Source of the DNA: Phyllosticta citribraziliensis
Lineage: Eukaryota
DNA: 64,000 nt
Reading direction: 5' to 3'
Assembly (NCBI RefSeq): GCF_038025025.1
Contig: NW_027117350.1
Span: 558,001-622,000 of the forward strand
The position numbers and the translations under genes were made by a program. The notes below the pieces were generated by a model that was not told where the DNA came from, did no database searches, and was given only the letters and a program-made list of their open reading frames with translations. How positions within the stretch are numbered: the first letter of the stretch is position 1; each line of letters opens with the position of its first letter. This document shows positions 16,393 through 30,043 of this stretch, in pieces.

Positions 16393-18389
16393 ATGGCCGC
16401 AAATTCGGGCGATCTATCGGCCTTGCTGGCGCAACTGGACCTCGACGATGGAAACGCCGACCACGACAAAATCCTCCAGGCCCTAAACGCCCATCTCGCA
16501 AAGTCCAAGAACGATGTCAACCTCCAGCACATGCGCGCCGTCGCGCTCCTCAAGCTCGACAGATTCGACGATGCCCTGCGGCAGTTTGAGCAAGGTGGAG
16601 ACAAGCTCAAGCAGAAGGCCCCACTGGAGTATGCGTATGCGCTTTACAAGACGGGCAAGCTGGAAGAGGCGTCAAAGGTGGCCAGTGGCAACAGCGGAAG
16701 AGGAATCAACCACGTCCTGGCACAGGCGACCTATCGCTCGGAGAATTTCCAGCTCGCTAGCGACGTATACCACAAGCTTGCATCGCGGCCGCAAGACGGG
16801 CAGGCTTTCGAAAGCCCCAATGACATCAACATCAACAGCCTTGCTGTCGACGCTCAACTTCACTGGCAATCGAATGGCGCACTTTCAAAAAAGAACAAGC
16901 TTGGGAGGGAGGACATGGAGGCCTTTGAGACTGCATACAATGCCGCATGCTTCAGCATTTCGAGAGGGGAGCTGGCGCAGGCCGAGGTGCTGTTGAAACG
17001 AGCCAGGGACCTCTGCTTGGCCTCTGAACTCAGCGAGGAGGACAAGAAGGCTGAGTTGATGCCCATTGTGATTCAGCAAATATACTTGTTGAATCAGCTG
17101 GGCAAGACAGAAGAGGCCGAGAGATTGGCCACCGAAGTGTCGATTCCAGAGTACGTCACTTGGTGATGTATTGATTCTTGGTGCTAACACTTGACAGGGT
17201 GCCGGATGCATCAACAAGACATATTGCGCAAATGAACGGATTTGCGTCGTCGGGCCAGACGGAAAACCCCTACCTGTCCAAACGCAAGCTGGATTCCACC
17301 TCCCACCTCCCCCGGAACGACAGGTTATTTGCCTTTCAGCAATCACTCATGGACCACAACAACTATATTTCTGAACTGCAGTCAAACAAGCATGAGGGTG
17401 TCGCACGCTCTACCTTGTCCAAGATTTCAACGCAGCCGACGTCCACGACCTCTTTTGCTACCAACGCCCTGTCCGTCTTGAATGCCGCTGCAAACACCAA
17501 GGGTCTGAGCGGCAGGTCAGCAATCAAGCAACTTCTTCCTCTAGTTCACAGAAGACCACGAGATGTCGGACTGGCTCTAACAGTCGTGCAACTTTACTGC
17601 CAAGAATCAAACTATGGTGCCGCAACACCACTACTGGAAAACTTTCTCAAGCGCCTTGAGGACTCGGCAGACTCCAGAGACCATGATGTGCGTTTCTCGC
17701 CGGGCCTCGTGGCCGCACAGGTTGCTCTCTATGCAAAGGCAGGCCGGAAAGCCGCTGTCCGCAGCGAGTTAGCCAAGGCCACAGACTATTGGCGCCAACA
17801 GACAAAGAACCCCCCGATATCCCTCTTGATGGCCGCAGGAATACACTTGATTGAGTCTCACCAGCCCGAGGATCTCGAAAAGGCAGGAGAAATTTTCTCC
17901 AGCCTCCTTGAAAATGACCCCAACGACCACGCCGCTGCCGCTGGTCTGGTTGCTGCCTTTGCCACTACACACCCGGAGAAGCTTTCGCCGGCCCAGCTGG
18001 ACAAGCTGACGCCTGTCCCCCGCCTCATTGCCGACGTCGATGTCGACGCGTTGGAATCCGCCGGCATCGCGACGCCGCCGTACCTCCAGCACCAAGCCGC
18101 CGCCAAGCGTCCGTCCCCTAAGGAAAAGGAACAACCGGCTAAGAAGAAGAAGGTCAGGCAGAGCCGGATACCCAAGGAATTTGACCCGAACAAAAAGGTG
18201 GACCCCGAGAGGTGGCTGCCGATGAAGGACAGGAGCTACTACCGTCCGAAGGGGAAGAAGGGCAAGAAGAGAGATGCAGGACTCACGCAAGGTGGGTTTG
18301 TCGAGGAGCCGAAGACGAATCAGGCCCAAGTGGCCACCGGCAGCGGTGGTGGCGGCCAAGGAAAGAAGAAGAAGAAGGGCAAGAAATAG
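16393..18389 (+). CDS. SRP72: Signal recognition particle subunit SRP72, one intron ~17152-17198
   Basis: TPR-like N-terminus (VALLKLDRFDDAL, YAYALYKTGKL, ETAYNAAC) and the C-terminal RNA-binding motif DPERWLPMKDRSYYRPKGKK. Confidence 0.93.
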
Positions 18390-20347
18390 ATGGTTGAAAA
18401 GTTGTGTCGGCTTGCGATGGAAGATCGGGATCACACAGTCGATGAAAAATGAGATTTGCTCTATCTCCTGGCTTTCTGCAATGTACTTCGACTCGAATGC
18501 AGATTAAAAGCCACAGCGGCTCTATGGATGGCTCCTAATCGACCATGGAACCCTCCATTGGCCGTGGAAGAATTTGGACCTACTCAGCGCAATCCAGCTT
18601 TTGTGCAACCTCACTGGTGTAGTGAACGACTGCTCCCTGGAATCCTGCTGCAACACCAGGGACAATTTCCTCTCTGGGCACCCACGATGTCACTGCCTCT
18701 CATGACGTCTACGCTGCAAGGTCATCGTCAAGCCTTGACTGTCTTGTCGTCAATGCCAGCCTCACTAGTCGATTCAGAGTCGCGTCGCTTTCTTGCAACA
18801 AGTCGCCGCAGAAATGAAGATCCACCGCTTGTGAAGCCACACATTACAACAATCACTCACAGACTACTGAATGGTGGTAGGGGCTTGAATGCTTCCTGTT
18901 GCATTCCGAAAGTTTGACTACCGTATCATACATATTGAATAGCACCATCATAAATCTTCATGAATGAAATCCCTGACATCTCTTCCAGATCCACCGCTGC
19001 AACATTCTGGACGTCATAAGTTCGAAGCCGATTGGTTGGTTCCATGTTTGGATCGGACAAGACCGGGTCATCCTTTGGTTTGCCTCCAAACATCTTTTCA
19101 AGACTGCTTCTCAAGTCTGCTCTTGCGTCAATTTTCACAGGACATTGAAACTTCGCCTTGTTCTGCCTTTGAGCAGGATTGCCGTGCGCATAGCGGTCGT
19201 GATGCCAGTCTCTTTCGTCTCATTCTCAAGAAGCGTCCACGACACGGAGTTTGGTGGGCCGTATTTCCGTCCATTGAGGTCAATTGAACTATGACAGCAG
19301 ATCTGGACAGATTAAAAACTCGGCAGGGGATGGAGGATGCTTTCCAAGCCATCAGCACGACTTCTGCTAAGTACTTGGTGGTTTGGAATGTTTTTGAGCC
19401 TGCAGCAAAGGCTGGCAATACCCCTCATAATGAAGACAAGAGGAAAGCCATTGTACAAGTCGCCAGGAGGCTCACAAAGACGAAGAAACTGGATGTGTTG
19501 AAGGGTTGAAAGACCTCGAAGATGATCAAAACTGGCCGTTGAGAAATACCTATATATTCTTCTCAGCCACAGAGCCAACTCAAGCTTCCATCGATCTTCC
19601 AGGGCAAATTGCGGTACCTACCCGAAACTCAGTCCTCTATGACCGGGGCTTCAACAACGCTTGATATCTGGCGTTGCTTGTGAATGAGTTGGCAAGTACG
19701 CCGGCCCAACGCTCTCTTTGTCGCCAGTTCAGACAGACCACCGTAAGCAGAAGCCTTCATCTGCATGGCGTCCCAGCCTGATTTGGTCATATGCTCGTCT
19801 ACTGTCACTAACCGAGGCCTGTCCCGAAAGTGGCGGAGCACATGACTACGAGTAGTGGGAGCGTTTAGTTGGTTTGATGGGGAGTAGCTATTCAAGCCGA
19901 TTTCAAGAGCATTGGAACACCCACAAGACAAAGACTTGGGAGCATTCAGCGCAGAATGCGCAGATGTGTCACGAAGTTTGACACAGTCCCATGCAGCATG
20001 CAGCGTGCAGGTAAGCACACGCCGCCAACACGCAGGCGACAAGGCAGCAGAGTGGGACCAAAAATATCAGAGTGGCTTGCAGCTGGCGCACATGCACCAC
20101 AAGGGGTTCAGCTTACACGTCGATCCCGCCCAGTGGACCCCTTCCGCCCGCCCTCGAGGCTACTACTGCTGGCCGAAAACCATCCTCGAGAATTTCTCTT
20201 TCTCCTTGGGCCGGAAAAGGAGCTCTCGAGAGTCTTATAGGGTGTAGTATCCATGGGTACTGCCTGAGAGATGGGTTTCTGATGACTAGAAGGACAGAGC
20301 CGTGCAGATAAACTACAGACATCCCCACAAGCGACAAATACGATTAG

Positions 20348-22975
20348 TTGACAACCCACGTTTCCAACCCACGGAAAATTGGTCTTGTCGCAGACGAGGA
20401 AGAGAAAGCTGCAAGCGAACCACTGTTCCTAGCAGCTCGACATGGACATTGTGAAGTGGCCCGGTTGATCATCGACCACAACCGGAGTCTTGTCTCTAAG
20501 CCCGCAGATGAAGACCTCCCTCTGAGCTTAGCATCGCGGCACGGAGACCCGAGGATGGTGAAATTGCTCCTCGAATGCGGCGCGGACAAGAACGCTGCCG
20601 CGCCGAAAGCTCTTAGGCCCGTATCGTCTGCGTGTTTCAACAGAAAACATGCTGTTGCCCGTGTCTTGTTGGAGGTAGGAGCAGACCCAAATCTTCCAGG
20701 CCCAAGCGGACGGTGGCCACCACTCCTGATTGCAGCTAGGGAGAACTACACTCTCTGCGTGCAGTTGCTCCTGGAACATGGCGCAGACATTGAAGCCGAC
20801 ACTTTCTGAGGACGCACTCCACTCTACCAGGCCGTTTGGAACGAGCGTAACAGAATTTGTCGCGTACTGCTGGAAAAAGGCGCAAATGTGAACTACTGTG
20901 GGAGAGGAGAATCAATTGTAGCTGCTGCTGCAGGCAAGAACAATCTCGAATTGGTGAAATTCCTCATCGAAAACGGGGCTGATTTGAAGGCTCGCGCAAC
21001 CGAAGAGGACTATACTGCTCTAAATCAAATAATTAGCAATTTGGCAAGCTTGGAGGTCATCAAGTGTTTGATTGACAACGGGGCGGACCCAAATATCCGT
21101 ACTCCTGGGGGAGCGCCGCTGTATCAAGCAGTCTTCCAGGAAAGGTCCGACTTCGTACGTCTTTCAATCGACGGAGGAGCAAGGGTGGACATCTCGGCCG
21201 CCGTACGTGGCTGGACTCCTCTCCACGCGGTCGACACACATCCCGAGATAACACGGATGCTCCTTGACGCTGGCGCTGACATCGATTCAATGATTGAAGG
21301 AAGCGGCCACTCTGCACTAATGCTTGCCGCCACGTTCGATAAGCCAGAAGTCGTAGACACTCTCCTCGAGTTCGGAGCAGACGTCAATCTCCGTGGTCAC
21401 TCAATTGGAAGGGGAAGACCAACCCGATATCACAGCGCTATATGCAGCTGTATCCTATGGCCACGTCAACGTTGCGAGAAAGCTGCTTGAAGCTGGCGCA
21501 GATGTCAACTTTCAGCACAAACTAAACGCCATCTTGCACAGCGCTGCCGTGAGTGGCGAGGCGATGCTGCGCACAGTAATGGAATTCTGTCCAAACCTGG
21601 CGGTGCAGGATGACTTAGGGGACATTGCTTTGAACAGACCGCTTGAATTGTCTTGCGCCAAAATTCTCGTCCATGGCGGGAGCGATGTTAACCATGCCAA
21701 CAACCGAGGCCGAATACCGCTCATTATGGCCGTGAGTACAGATATACTGGACGTGGCGCGTTTCTTGCTCAAAAATGGCGCAAACGTGGAGGCTTCGAAC
21801 GGCTACATACCGGTGCTCCATATGGCATGCAAGTACGGCTCCCTCGATGGGGTCAGGATGTTACTTGAAGCGAAGGCGGATATCAACAGGACCCACCCAG
21901 ACGTAGGCTCGCCATTGCACGCCACATGCGAGCGACTGAGAGGATATATGCCAGAAGAGCAGCAGCTCTGGGCGGAGCAAGACAAAATTGCTAGGCAAAT
22001 TCTGGGATACCTCCTGACAGGATGCGAAAGAAAGTCGGACCCAAATCAAGTTGGGGGTCAATTCGGGATTCCCCTCAGCGTTGGCTGTGCTTATTGTTCA
22101 ACTGCAACTGTGGACGTCCTACTTAACAACAGAGCAGATGTCGAAATTTGCGACGATTTCGGACGTTACCCCGTCCATTTTGCTGCGCGCTCAACCAAGG
22201 AAAATTTCCAAAGACTCTGCACAGCAGGCGCGAAATTGAGCATTTTGGACAATTCGGAAAGGAATGTTCTCCATTATGCCGTCCAGAGCGGAGACGTCGA
22301 CCTTGTAAGGTGCGTCATCGAGGCGACAGATGGACTGCTTCATAACGCGGATGCTCATGGATGGACGCCGTTACTCTTCGCAGCGAGAGGATCGCAAAAC
22401 ATTCGACCGTCTTCGTCGAAGGCAAGATGGAGTGTAGAAGTCATCGAACTACTTCTGGATAAAGGTGCAGACCCTTGCGTGGTTGGTCGTGGCCATGAAG
22501 GGGACTGGTCGCCACTGAAACTGGCGCGATATCACGGAGCCCCAGAAGAGATCCAGAAGCTATTAACGCCCGGAGAGGAGAGCAAGGCAGCGAAAAATTG
22601 GGACGAGGATGAGCATCGGTCGAGAAAGGCAGCGCGTCATTTCGCGTACTGTAGCTGCTGCTTATTTGTAAGCACCCCTCATGTCTTGGATTTCTGTACT
22701 GAGCTGACATTTTTCAATAGGATATTCATGGTTGTCAGTACCACTGTCTTGAGTGTGATGATTATGACTTGTGCTATGTCTGCTTCAAACTTTTTGAAAC
22801 ATTGCATCCTGGCCATCCGTTTACAGAAATGGGTCCTGAGTTCGAAGAAGACGGCTCCAACACGTCAGATCATGATACCAGCGACGACGAATCAGAAGAT
22901 GGTGGCAATGACGATTCAAGCGAAATTCCAGCGTCGGAAGCTGCGGAGACTGGCGGGAAGCCGGAAGAAGAGTAA
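20348..22975 (+). pseudogene. Multi-ankyrin-repeat protein with C-terminal ZZ-type zinc finger; disrupted
   Basis: Many ankyrin repeats (PLFLAARHG, LLECGADKN, GWTPLH, GWTPLLFAA). In-frame TGA at 20807-20809 and a frame change near 21390-21430. Intron 22668-22720 gives YCSCCLF-DIHGCQYHCLECDDYDLCYVC...H..H (ZZ finger). No clear 5' end. Confidence 0.75.
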
Positions 22976-23529
22976 GAGAAAGGTTTTCTGACACTGAACC
23001 CTTCTGTCTTGATGGCAGGCTATTTAGCAGTATCAAGCAGCCAGTCGGTCGTCTCGCTTCGTTTATGGTCTTGATGGCGCGGCCTTGCACGTCTTGCGCC
23101 ATGGTCCGAATACGGAGAGTGGAGGCTAGGAATGAGAAGACAAAAGCTTGGCGAACCAGGAGGCCCTCCTCTGTCTCCATCAATTCAATCCAGTTCTGTC
23201 CAGAGAAGCGCGAGTCGTAAGCGGTAATCGGGTATATCGTAGCAATTAACTCGGTCGCGAACACAGGAAGGTGATGTGAAATGTTCCGTTCCCTTTTCAG
23301 GTTCGTTGACCCCCTTTCCCCGGCAAAGGCAAAATTGGTTCTCTGCGCAGTCAGCAAAATACAGCAGGCTAGAGAAGTCTTCAAATACCCCGATTGAGCT
23401 CTAATTGGAAATTGTACATGTGTCTGATTAATCGGAGAGGTCCCCGTCCTTCTTCGTAAAAGTGTCATTCTAATTGCGCTTCCAACCCCCTGCTTGTTGC
23501 TGCTCAATATCCCAAATCAGGAGTTCGCC

Positions 23530-26500
23530 TTAGCCTGACCACGTGTTCGACGACATGCCATAGGACGATGACGGAGGCGGCGCAGGACGCGTTGTCAAGG
23601 TTCGCCTAGGATCGCCATTCAAGGCCGCAGCACCATCTGGGCCATCGCGACGTGCTTGACCATTTACGGAGCCGAGAGGCCAGTTTGGCTGTACCTGGGA
23701 GGAAGCAGACCGCGGCGTGAGCACCCGCGGCGGATCAGAAGCCAGTTCATGAGCCGATGGGTAGGGGACGTCAAGCTCCACGGGTTGCTGCGGCACCGGG
23801 GCCTCGAGTTCTTGGGCACACCACTGGCAGTATGCGCGCGACTCTTCCGCTGCTTGTCTCAGCGGCGTGGTGGGAGCTTCGTAGAAGCCGGGGACGATCG
23901 GAGTTGCAGGCGTTAAGCCCACTACCTCCTTTTCATATCTACCATTGCCAGTCGTTGGTTTCCGGTGAATCAGGTGCCGAAGGAGTTGTTGTGCGCGCTG
24001 TAGATAGTCGCGTGGGCTAAGTACTGGCGATTCTCGGGCTTGGCCATTTTCGTCTTCCGTCTGGGTCCCTATCTGCGGCTTCGTATCCCGGTAGCTTGCA
24101 AGAGACTCATGCTCTCTTGTTGCGGCCATTGGCGGCCTCCAATCTGCTGGCCTTTGTTCCTCCGTTGGACGGTTCCGGTTTCTTGCAGGCCGGCGCACAG
24201 TCAAGCTTCTCGACACTATTTCAGAATCTCATATCAGTGTCCGTTGTTGCATTAGACGGTCAGTTTCATACCTTGTTGCTCTTCAAACAGTAGTCGTGGG
24301 AATCCACTAAGGGGATAAATTTCCCATTCGCCAAAGTCGAGGTCCATTTCCGTAATTGCCCATTTGCTCGACAGATGGAACACCACTTTTGGCATCTCGA
24401 ACTGCAACTGCTTCGTCATACGTTCGATGACCTTTTCGTTGATACTCAACTCCCTCTTGACCACTGCCGAGTTTTGTTCCTTGATAAGAAACATGAGGGG
24501 TTGTTCTCTTGAGTAGGACCACTTCGCAATGAGCTGTCCCAGCTGCAAAAGCTCCTTGGATCCTTCCTCGAAACGGCAGTAGATGTCTCCTGAACAAAGT
24601 CAGATATGACTTGTAATGGCGCAGTCCTTCGATACGTACCGCGAGCAATATTGTTGCTGTCGATTTCTCCGTCGAGTTCAAAGTAGAAGCATGTGGAGAC
24701 TAAACGCATGGCGATGCGTCTGTATTTGAGCTCTTCCTCCGGAACCAATGCTTGATTTCGCACAAAGTTTTGCAGCGGCTTCATTTGATCAACGGCATCA
24801 AGCTGGGGCACAGTGCCCTTGAGCTCCGGGTTGATGCGAATGAACCTGGTCTCCAAGGAGGAGTCAGGAAGGCTTGACATAAATTCATTCCAAATTCTCT
24901 CGCAATCCAAGGATGTGTTGAGAACCCCTCGAAGGATTCTGAACAGCCTCTTTGGGTATTCTATCACTCCGCCATGGCGAACTGAAGGCGAGACAGGTGA
25001 TTCTTGTCGACTCATGCTCAGCGAACTACCAGTGCCGATGGAAAGAACTACATCCGGGGGCTCAGATGGTCGCGTCGGCCAAATGAGCTTGCGCTCACGC
25101 TCCGCGATTGCGATCGGGTTATTGTGATAGATTGCTCCGTCCAGGTAGACTTGTTCCGAAGGTTTGTGGTCGAAAGACTTGAAGTACCGAGGAGCGGCAG
25201 ACGTACAGCGTGCCCTAGCATGAAATGTTTAGTCTGCGTCACTCATTCAGGTAGACCTACTCACGCTTCCCATGTTTTGAGCTCTGCTTGTAAATCTTCC
25301 GGCCGCTGGAAATGGTACAAGACTAGAAATCGTCAGCATGCACGCTTGCGGGCAGCTTCATGTCTTACGTTTTCCAGAAACGGGTCTGTTGTAGTTTGAA
25401 ACCACTACTGGTACCCCCGTGACCGCCGACGTGGTTGTCACTGCAACTTTTACGTTTGAGCTGCGTTGATTGGGCGCACGGCGGCCACCAAAGAGATACT
25501 CATCCTCCCCGAAAGCTTCCATCAAGGCGACCTGGAGAGGCTGTGTCTCGTACATTGATTGGTAGTGGTTTTCGATGTACCAACTAAGCAGTGGAAGATT
25601 TCCTCCAGTGCGGCGCGTGAAAGCCTGATTGCACAAGGATTCGAAGCGGCTGATGCAAGTGGTGACCGACCACTCTTTGGCGGCTAGTCCCAGAGCGACC
25701 AGTCCTCCAGTACTGCGTCAAGTAGTCAGCATAGGCATTCTCCGGCGGCGACTCAACAAACCTCGTTCCGACGATGAGATCAAAAAAACTTTGAATGGGC
25801 AACTTTCCCCCCAGGGCCACTTCTATCTGCCTGAGCACCTCAAGTTCGATGATTCCTCTCACCCCGCCGCTGCAAAAGTCAGTTGATCGACCTCGAAATT
25901 GCAAAGGTATATAACTTACCCATCTAGACTCAGAACGCGGACGCCGGCAGTCTTGGGTTTCAAAGCGATCCTATAAGACCAAGGAGGATGCGAATGGTTG
26001 CCGCAGAGTGGACATGTCTGGATTGTGAACTCATTTCTGCCCGAAGCCAATCCATAGGTCTTGACGCAAGACGTGCACAATATGTGCCCGCACGGCAAGG
26101 GATGTTCCGGCATCTCGAACAAGCAACAAAAGCAGGCAGTATGACTGATGAAGCTGCAGCCCGTGTCTTGTTGCGCACATCGTCGGTAGAAATTCGCCAA
26201 GGTGTGTGTTTGGTGAATATACGCAGCAGCCTGTTTCTCTTCATTTCCACGCTTTTTCTCCGCATCCAGGGCTTCCCAAAGCTCCTTGAGAACAAAGTAG
26301 ACTTGAGCTTTGAACTGATGATGATAGGCGTAAAAAGTGAACTGCGACACGTAGTCACCAGCAGCCAGAACCTTGCCGTCTCTGGTCTGGTGTCCTTTTG
26401 AATGCCCACTGCGTACATTGACACAGCGCGCACCACTGGCTGTGATGTACTCACAAGGCCAATGACTGCTGCAAAAGGTCTCCAAGGCGTTGTCTAACTG

Positions 26501-28484
26501 CTCAATGTACTGAGGGAATATCGTGTCGACGTGACCTACAAACCGTTAGAGACAAAAGATGTTCAAAGGCGGCATGCAAACCTCTTTTCTTGTGGCGGGT
26601 TACATCGAACATTATCGCAGACGCGACCACATAGCTGATTTCGTCAAAAATTTGTTTGGCCTTTGCCTTGTCGCGCCACAATTCTGCCACCTGAAGAGCC
26701 AATTTGAGTATATTTCCTCCAAAGTTGAGCGGAATCGGGCTGTGCAAACGCGATGCCTGGACGAAGTCGAACGGTTTGTACAGCTCGCGGGCGAAGTGAT
26801 CAAACGCGCATTCCAAATAGCATTGGAGCTCATTCACGTCAAGGAGCATGCGCAAGTCCGCCCTCTGGTGACGAGCTGCCAAACAAGCTTCGCGGATGGC
26901 ATTGTGCAGAGTTCCCACCTGCCGCTGGATGAGCTGCGGCCGTCCTTGCCTTGGAATTCGGATGACCTAGATCTGTCAGACCTGCAGCAAGCGGACGCGC
27001 TCGCTCAGCATACCTGGATGGAGCCGTAGTAGCAGAGCATCAATTGTTCCACAGTCTCAATTTTTCTGTCGCGCTCAAGCCAGTACTGCGCCGCTTGTTT
27101 GAATGTGCGATTTTGGTCGACCGTCTTTGCCAGTGATTTCAGCATATCAGCCGTGGCTGCTTCTACTTCCCACAGTGATTCGTTTATGTTGTAGTCTTCA
27201 GCGTTCAGAGCGAGAATGGCGTGAGGTAGGACCGGCTGGTTCGACGAGGCTTCTAAAGCTGCAGCAGCCCAAGCCACGAGCTTCTCAAGCACATTTTCAA
27301 CGACGCTTCAGAATATCAGCAAATGAAACGTGCATAATGTGGCATGCGTACCGATGGTTTTTCAACACAAACACCACAACGTCTGAAAACGTGTAGAGTA
27401 GACGGGGATAGAGCTGGGCGACGGCAGCTTCTCTGCTGGAACAATCCCAAGTGATTTCCCTGGACGAAAGGGGAATTGCGTGATTGAATCCTCCTTGTGT
27501 GTCGTTGGCTTCGAGATTCATTTTCATCACGGCACTCACTGGCGGCCGCGAGCCTCCTGTCAGACCTTCACAGTCGGCGAAAACGATGGGGTCGTCCTGA
27601 TATTTTGTCGAGGGGTCGCAATACAGATGCACGTCTGATGATGTCGGGTCAAGAACGCCAGCTTCGCCTACGACGGGTGTAGGATGAACAGCAACATCGG
27701 CTTCGCCCGCTTGAAGATCAATAAGCAATTTGACGAGTGTGCTCTTCCCGTGGCCAGTTTCTCCAATGAAGGAAACCAGGCTAGGAGTCCGTTGGTCGTT
27801 GGATCCGCGGTCATCTTGGTTATGCGGGCGCGTGCTTCCAGGAGTGGTTGTCGATGCCTTTGTGCGTCTCATGAGGTCTGCAAACCTACCATAGTCCTGA
27901 AAAACAGCACGGCCAAACTCTGGACGCTGGATGCCGAACCAAGCAGTCTGAGTGTCGTCGAGATGCAACTTTTGCCTCAGCCGCGGATCTGTTGGCGGGT
28001 TCAAGGTCTTGATCACTTTCATGGCAATCTCTGCTCTTGTTCTCTCGTGCGGAATCCCTCCAAACGCGAGACGGCCCCTTTTGTGGGCAAGCTGTTGGCT
28101 CCAACATACTGGACAGAAGACAAAGTTGCATACGTTGCAGAAATCGAGGTCGCGGCTGGTTGCGTTGCAACTTTCACAACTGTCGCCGTAGTCATCTGAC
28201 CCTCCGTAACCAACGATTTGCTTGTCCGAGAATTCTTGGTTGTAGCGACTTGCTCCTCCTATAGATGGCGCTAAATCAACATCAAGCAGGCTACTCTGGC
28301 GTTGGATAGTCTTGAACGCTCCCCTGTTCAAAATCAGTGATGTTCAGGTTGTCCATTTCTGAGGCACTTGCACTTGCGGAGTGGGTCCTGCATTTTCGGG
28401 ACCATCGAAATCAATCAGATTGACCGTAATCCCGCTTGTATCCAGCTTATGCAGGTCTTTCCAAGGGTTTGGGTCGCCTGTCAT
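23530..28484 (-). CDS. Multidomain patatin-like phospholipase: B-box-like Zn finger + P-loop GTPase-like domain + RING finger + patatin; about 10 exons
   Basis: CESC..CNVC..CPVC..H; Walker A GETGHGKST; FADCEG; RING CFCC..LPCGHILCTSC..CPLC; patatin motifs LSLDGGGVRG, GTSTG and DGA (YLDGAIYHNNP). Exon frames are joined by introns. Confidence 0.85.
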
Positions 28485-30012
28485 ACTGGCGGATCGTTCT
28501 TCAGCACATGGGCAAACGACGCTGCTGAATTAACGAATGACGAACGCCGACTGGCGGTCAGGCTGGCAAGGAAAACACAGCATTATGTAGCAGAGCACCC
28601 GTTAACCAGAAAGCTGAGAGGTGGGGGCGTCAAGTGGGGGCGAATTGCAGTCTCCGCCTCAGGCAGAAGGTTGGTTGCGTCCACTGCAGCAATTGGCCTC
28701 TCGGGGCGACCTCGACCAGTCAAGACCAATGCACTCTCCTTTTTTATGGCAGGCGTCGGTGGTGGGATGTTGCATCGAGGGGGCCAAACCTCGCGGCGCA
28801 GCTTGATCGCCCCTTTTCTTCCAAGCCACGCGGGCACGCGGGCGGCTGACTGCTGTGGCACCCTTGGAGAACCGTTGCCGTGGTGTTCCAAAACAGAGCA
28901 CTGCCACTTGCGCCCCCGATTGAACGCGTTTGAAAATAGCACCGGCGAGTGTTGCGATATTCTGACTGCCGCAAGATCCATGGCCCGGGAGAAATCGGTA
29001 GAGAGTTCGAAGGTTGCTGTACCTGCGGGAGGCTGAATGGAACAGGTTCGTGGATTCAGGTGTCTTTGGATCGATGCACACAGATACGTCAGCTGAAAAG
29101 ACGCGTGGTCTTCGAGCATACTGGAGATTATTCAGCCTGTAGGGTGGTGTTATATTGCATGTGAAAGCGAATCTTGCATCGTGGCATGGATAGCCTTGGA
29201 GGCTGATTCCAAATTGACGAGGCTCGACTGTGATGGATGGACCTAGAGAACGGCGAGGAAGCTGATGGGCACTCTCTTTTCTCTCTCATCCTACTACCGC
29301 ACTCCAGCAATGGTCTGGAGTGAATAATGGCTCCGTTGCTGTGTCCAGACGTTGATGGGCCATTGCCCTTTCTGGAGCCGCGTTGGATGGCCGCGTTCGA
29401 ATCGTGGGCGACGCGTCCCGCACACAACAAATCCGTCATCCAGCTGTCTGGTCGCTGTGCCCCAACGCCGGGGCTCGTGGGCTTCGAGCTGCTCGAACAA
29501 GATGATGCTGGAAGCTCCTTCGGAGACCACGAATCGGTGACATTCCAGCGGGGGCATCCAGGCTGTCCTAAGCGAGCATCATATCCCCACATTGCAAACT
29601 AACTTCGGCACGATCCTTCTGCCCCTTGACCGAACAAACCGTCTTCAGCATCTCTTGTTGCTTCTCGAATGCCATCGGCGCGCGACCGCGGTGTCGATTT
29701 CTGGTGTGGGCGAAACGGATTCCGACGAACGAGCTCCACGAAACGATGCGAAGAAACTTCCCGAGCGGCCTGATGCCACGACCACTCCTGGGTGGAAGCC
29801 GTGACAATAACGGACCAAGGCGCTGAGGCACGGCACATTCGAGCGATGTTGGTGCATGGCACTGCCAGCAGGGACGACAAAGGAGGGTGGACGTTGGGTT
29901 TGGGTTGCTGGTTGTGGGCGCAAGCGGTAGGCGCGATGGGCAGGCGCCATGAGTCCGGCTGCGCTGCGCCCACACTGGCATTTGTGGTGGTGGGGATTGG
30001 CGGGGCCCCCAT

Positions 30013-30020
30013 TATATATA
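30013..30020 (+). promoter_or_regulatory. TATA box of the U6 gene
   Basis: TATATATA about 30 nt upstream of the predicted U6 start. An internal A-box-like TGGTCAATTTG (TRGYNNANNNG) lies at 30057-30067. Confidence 0.7.
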
Positions 30021-30043
30021 TTCAATAAACGGGCTAAGCTTTC

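Noticed and set aside
20807..20809. TGA in the ankyrin gene as selenocysteine or programmed readthrough
   Set aside because: Ascomycetes lack Sec machinery, the context is not the TGA-CTA readthrough motif, and a second lesion points to pseudogenisation.
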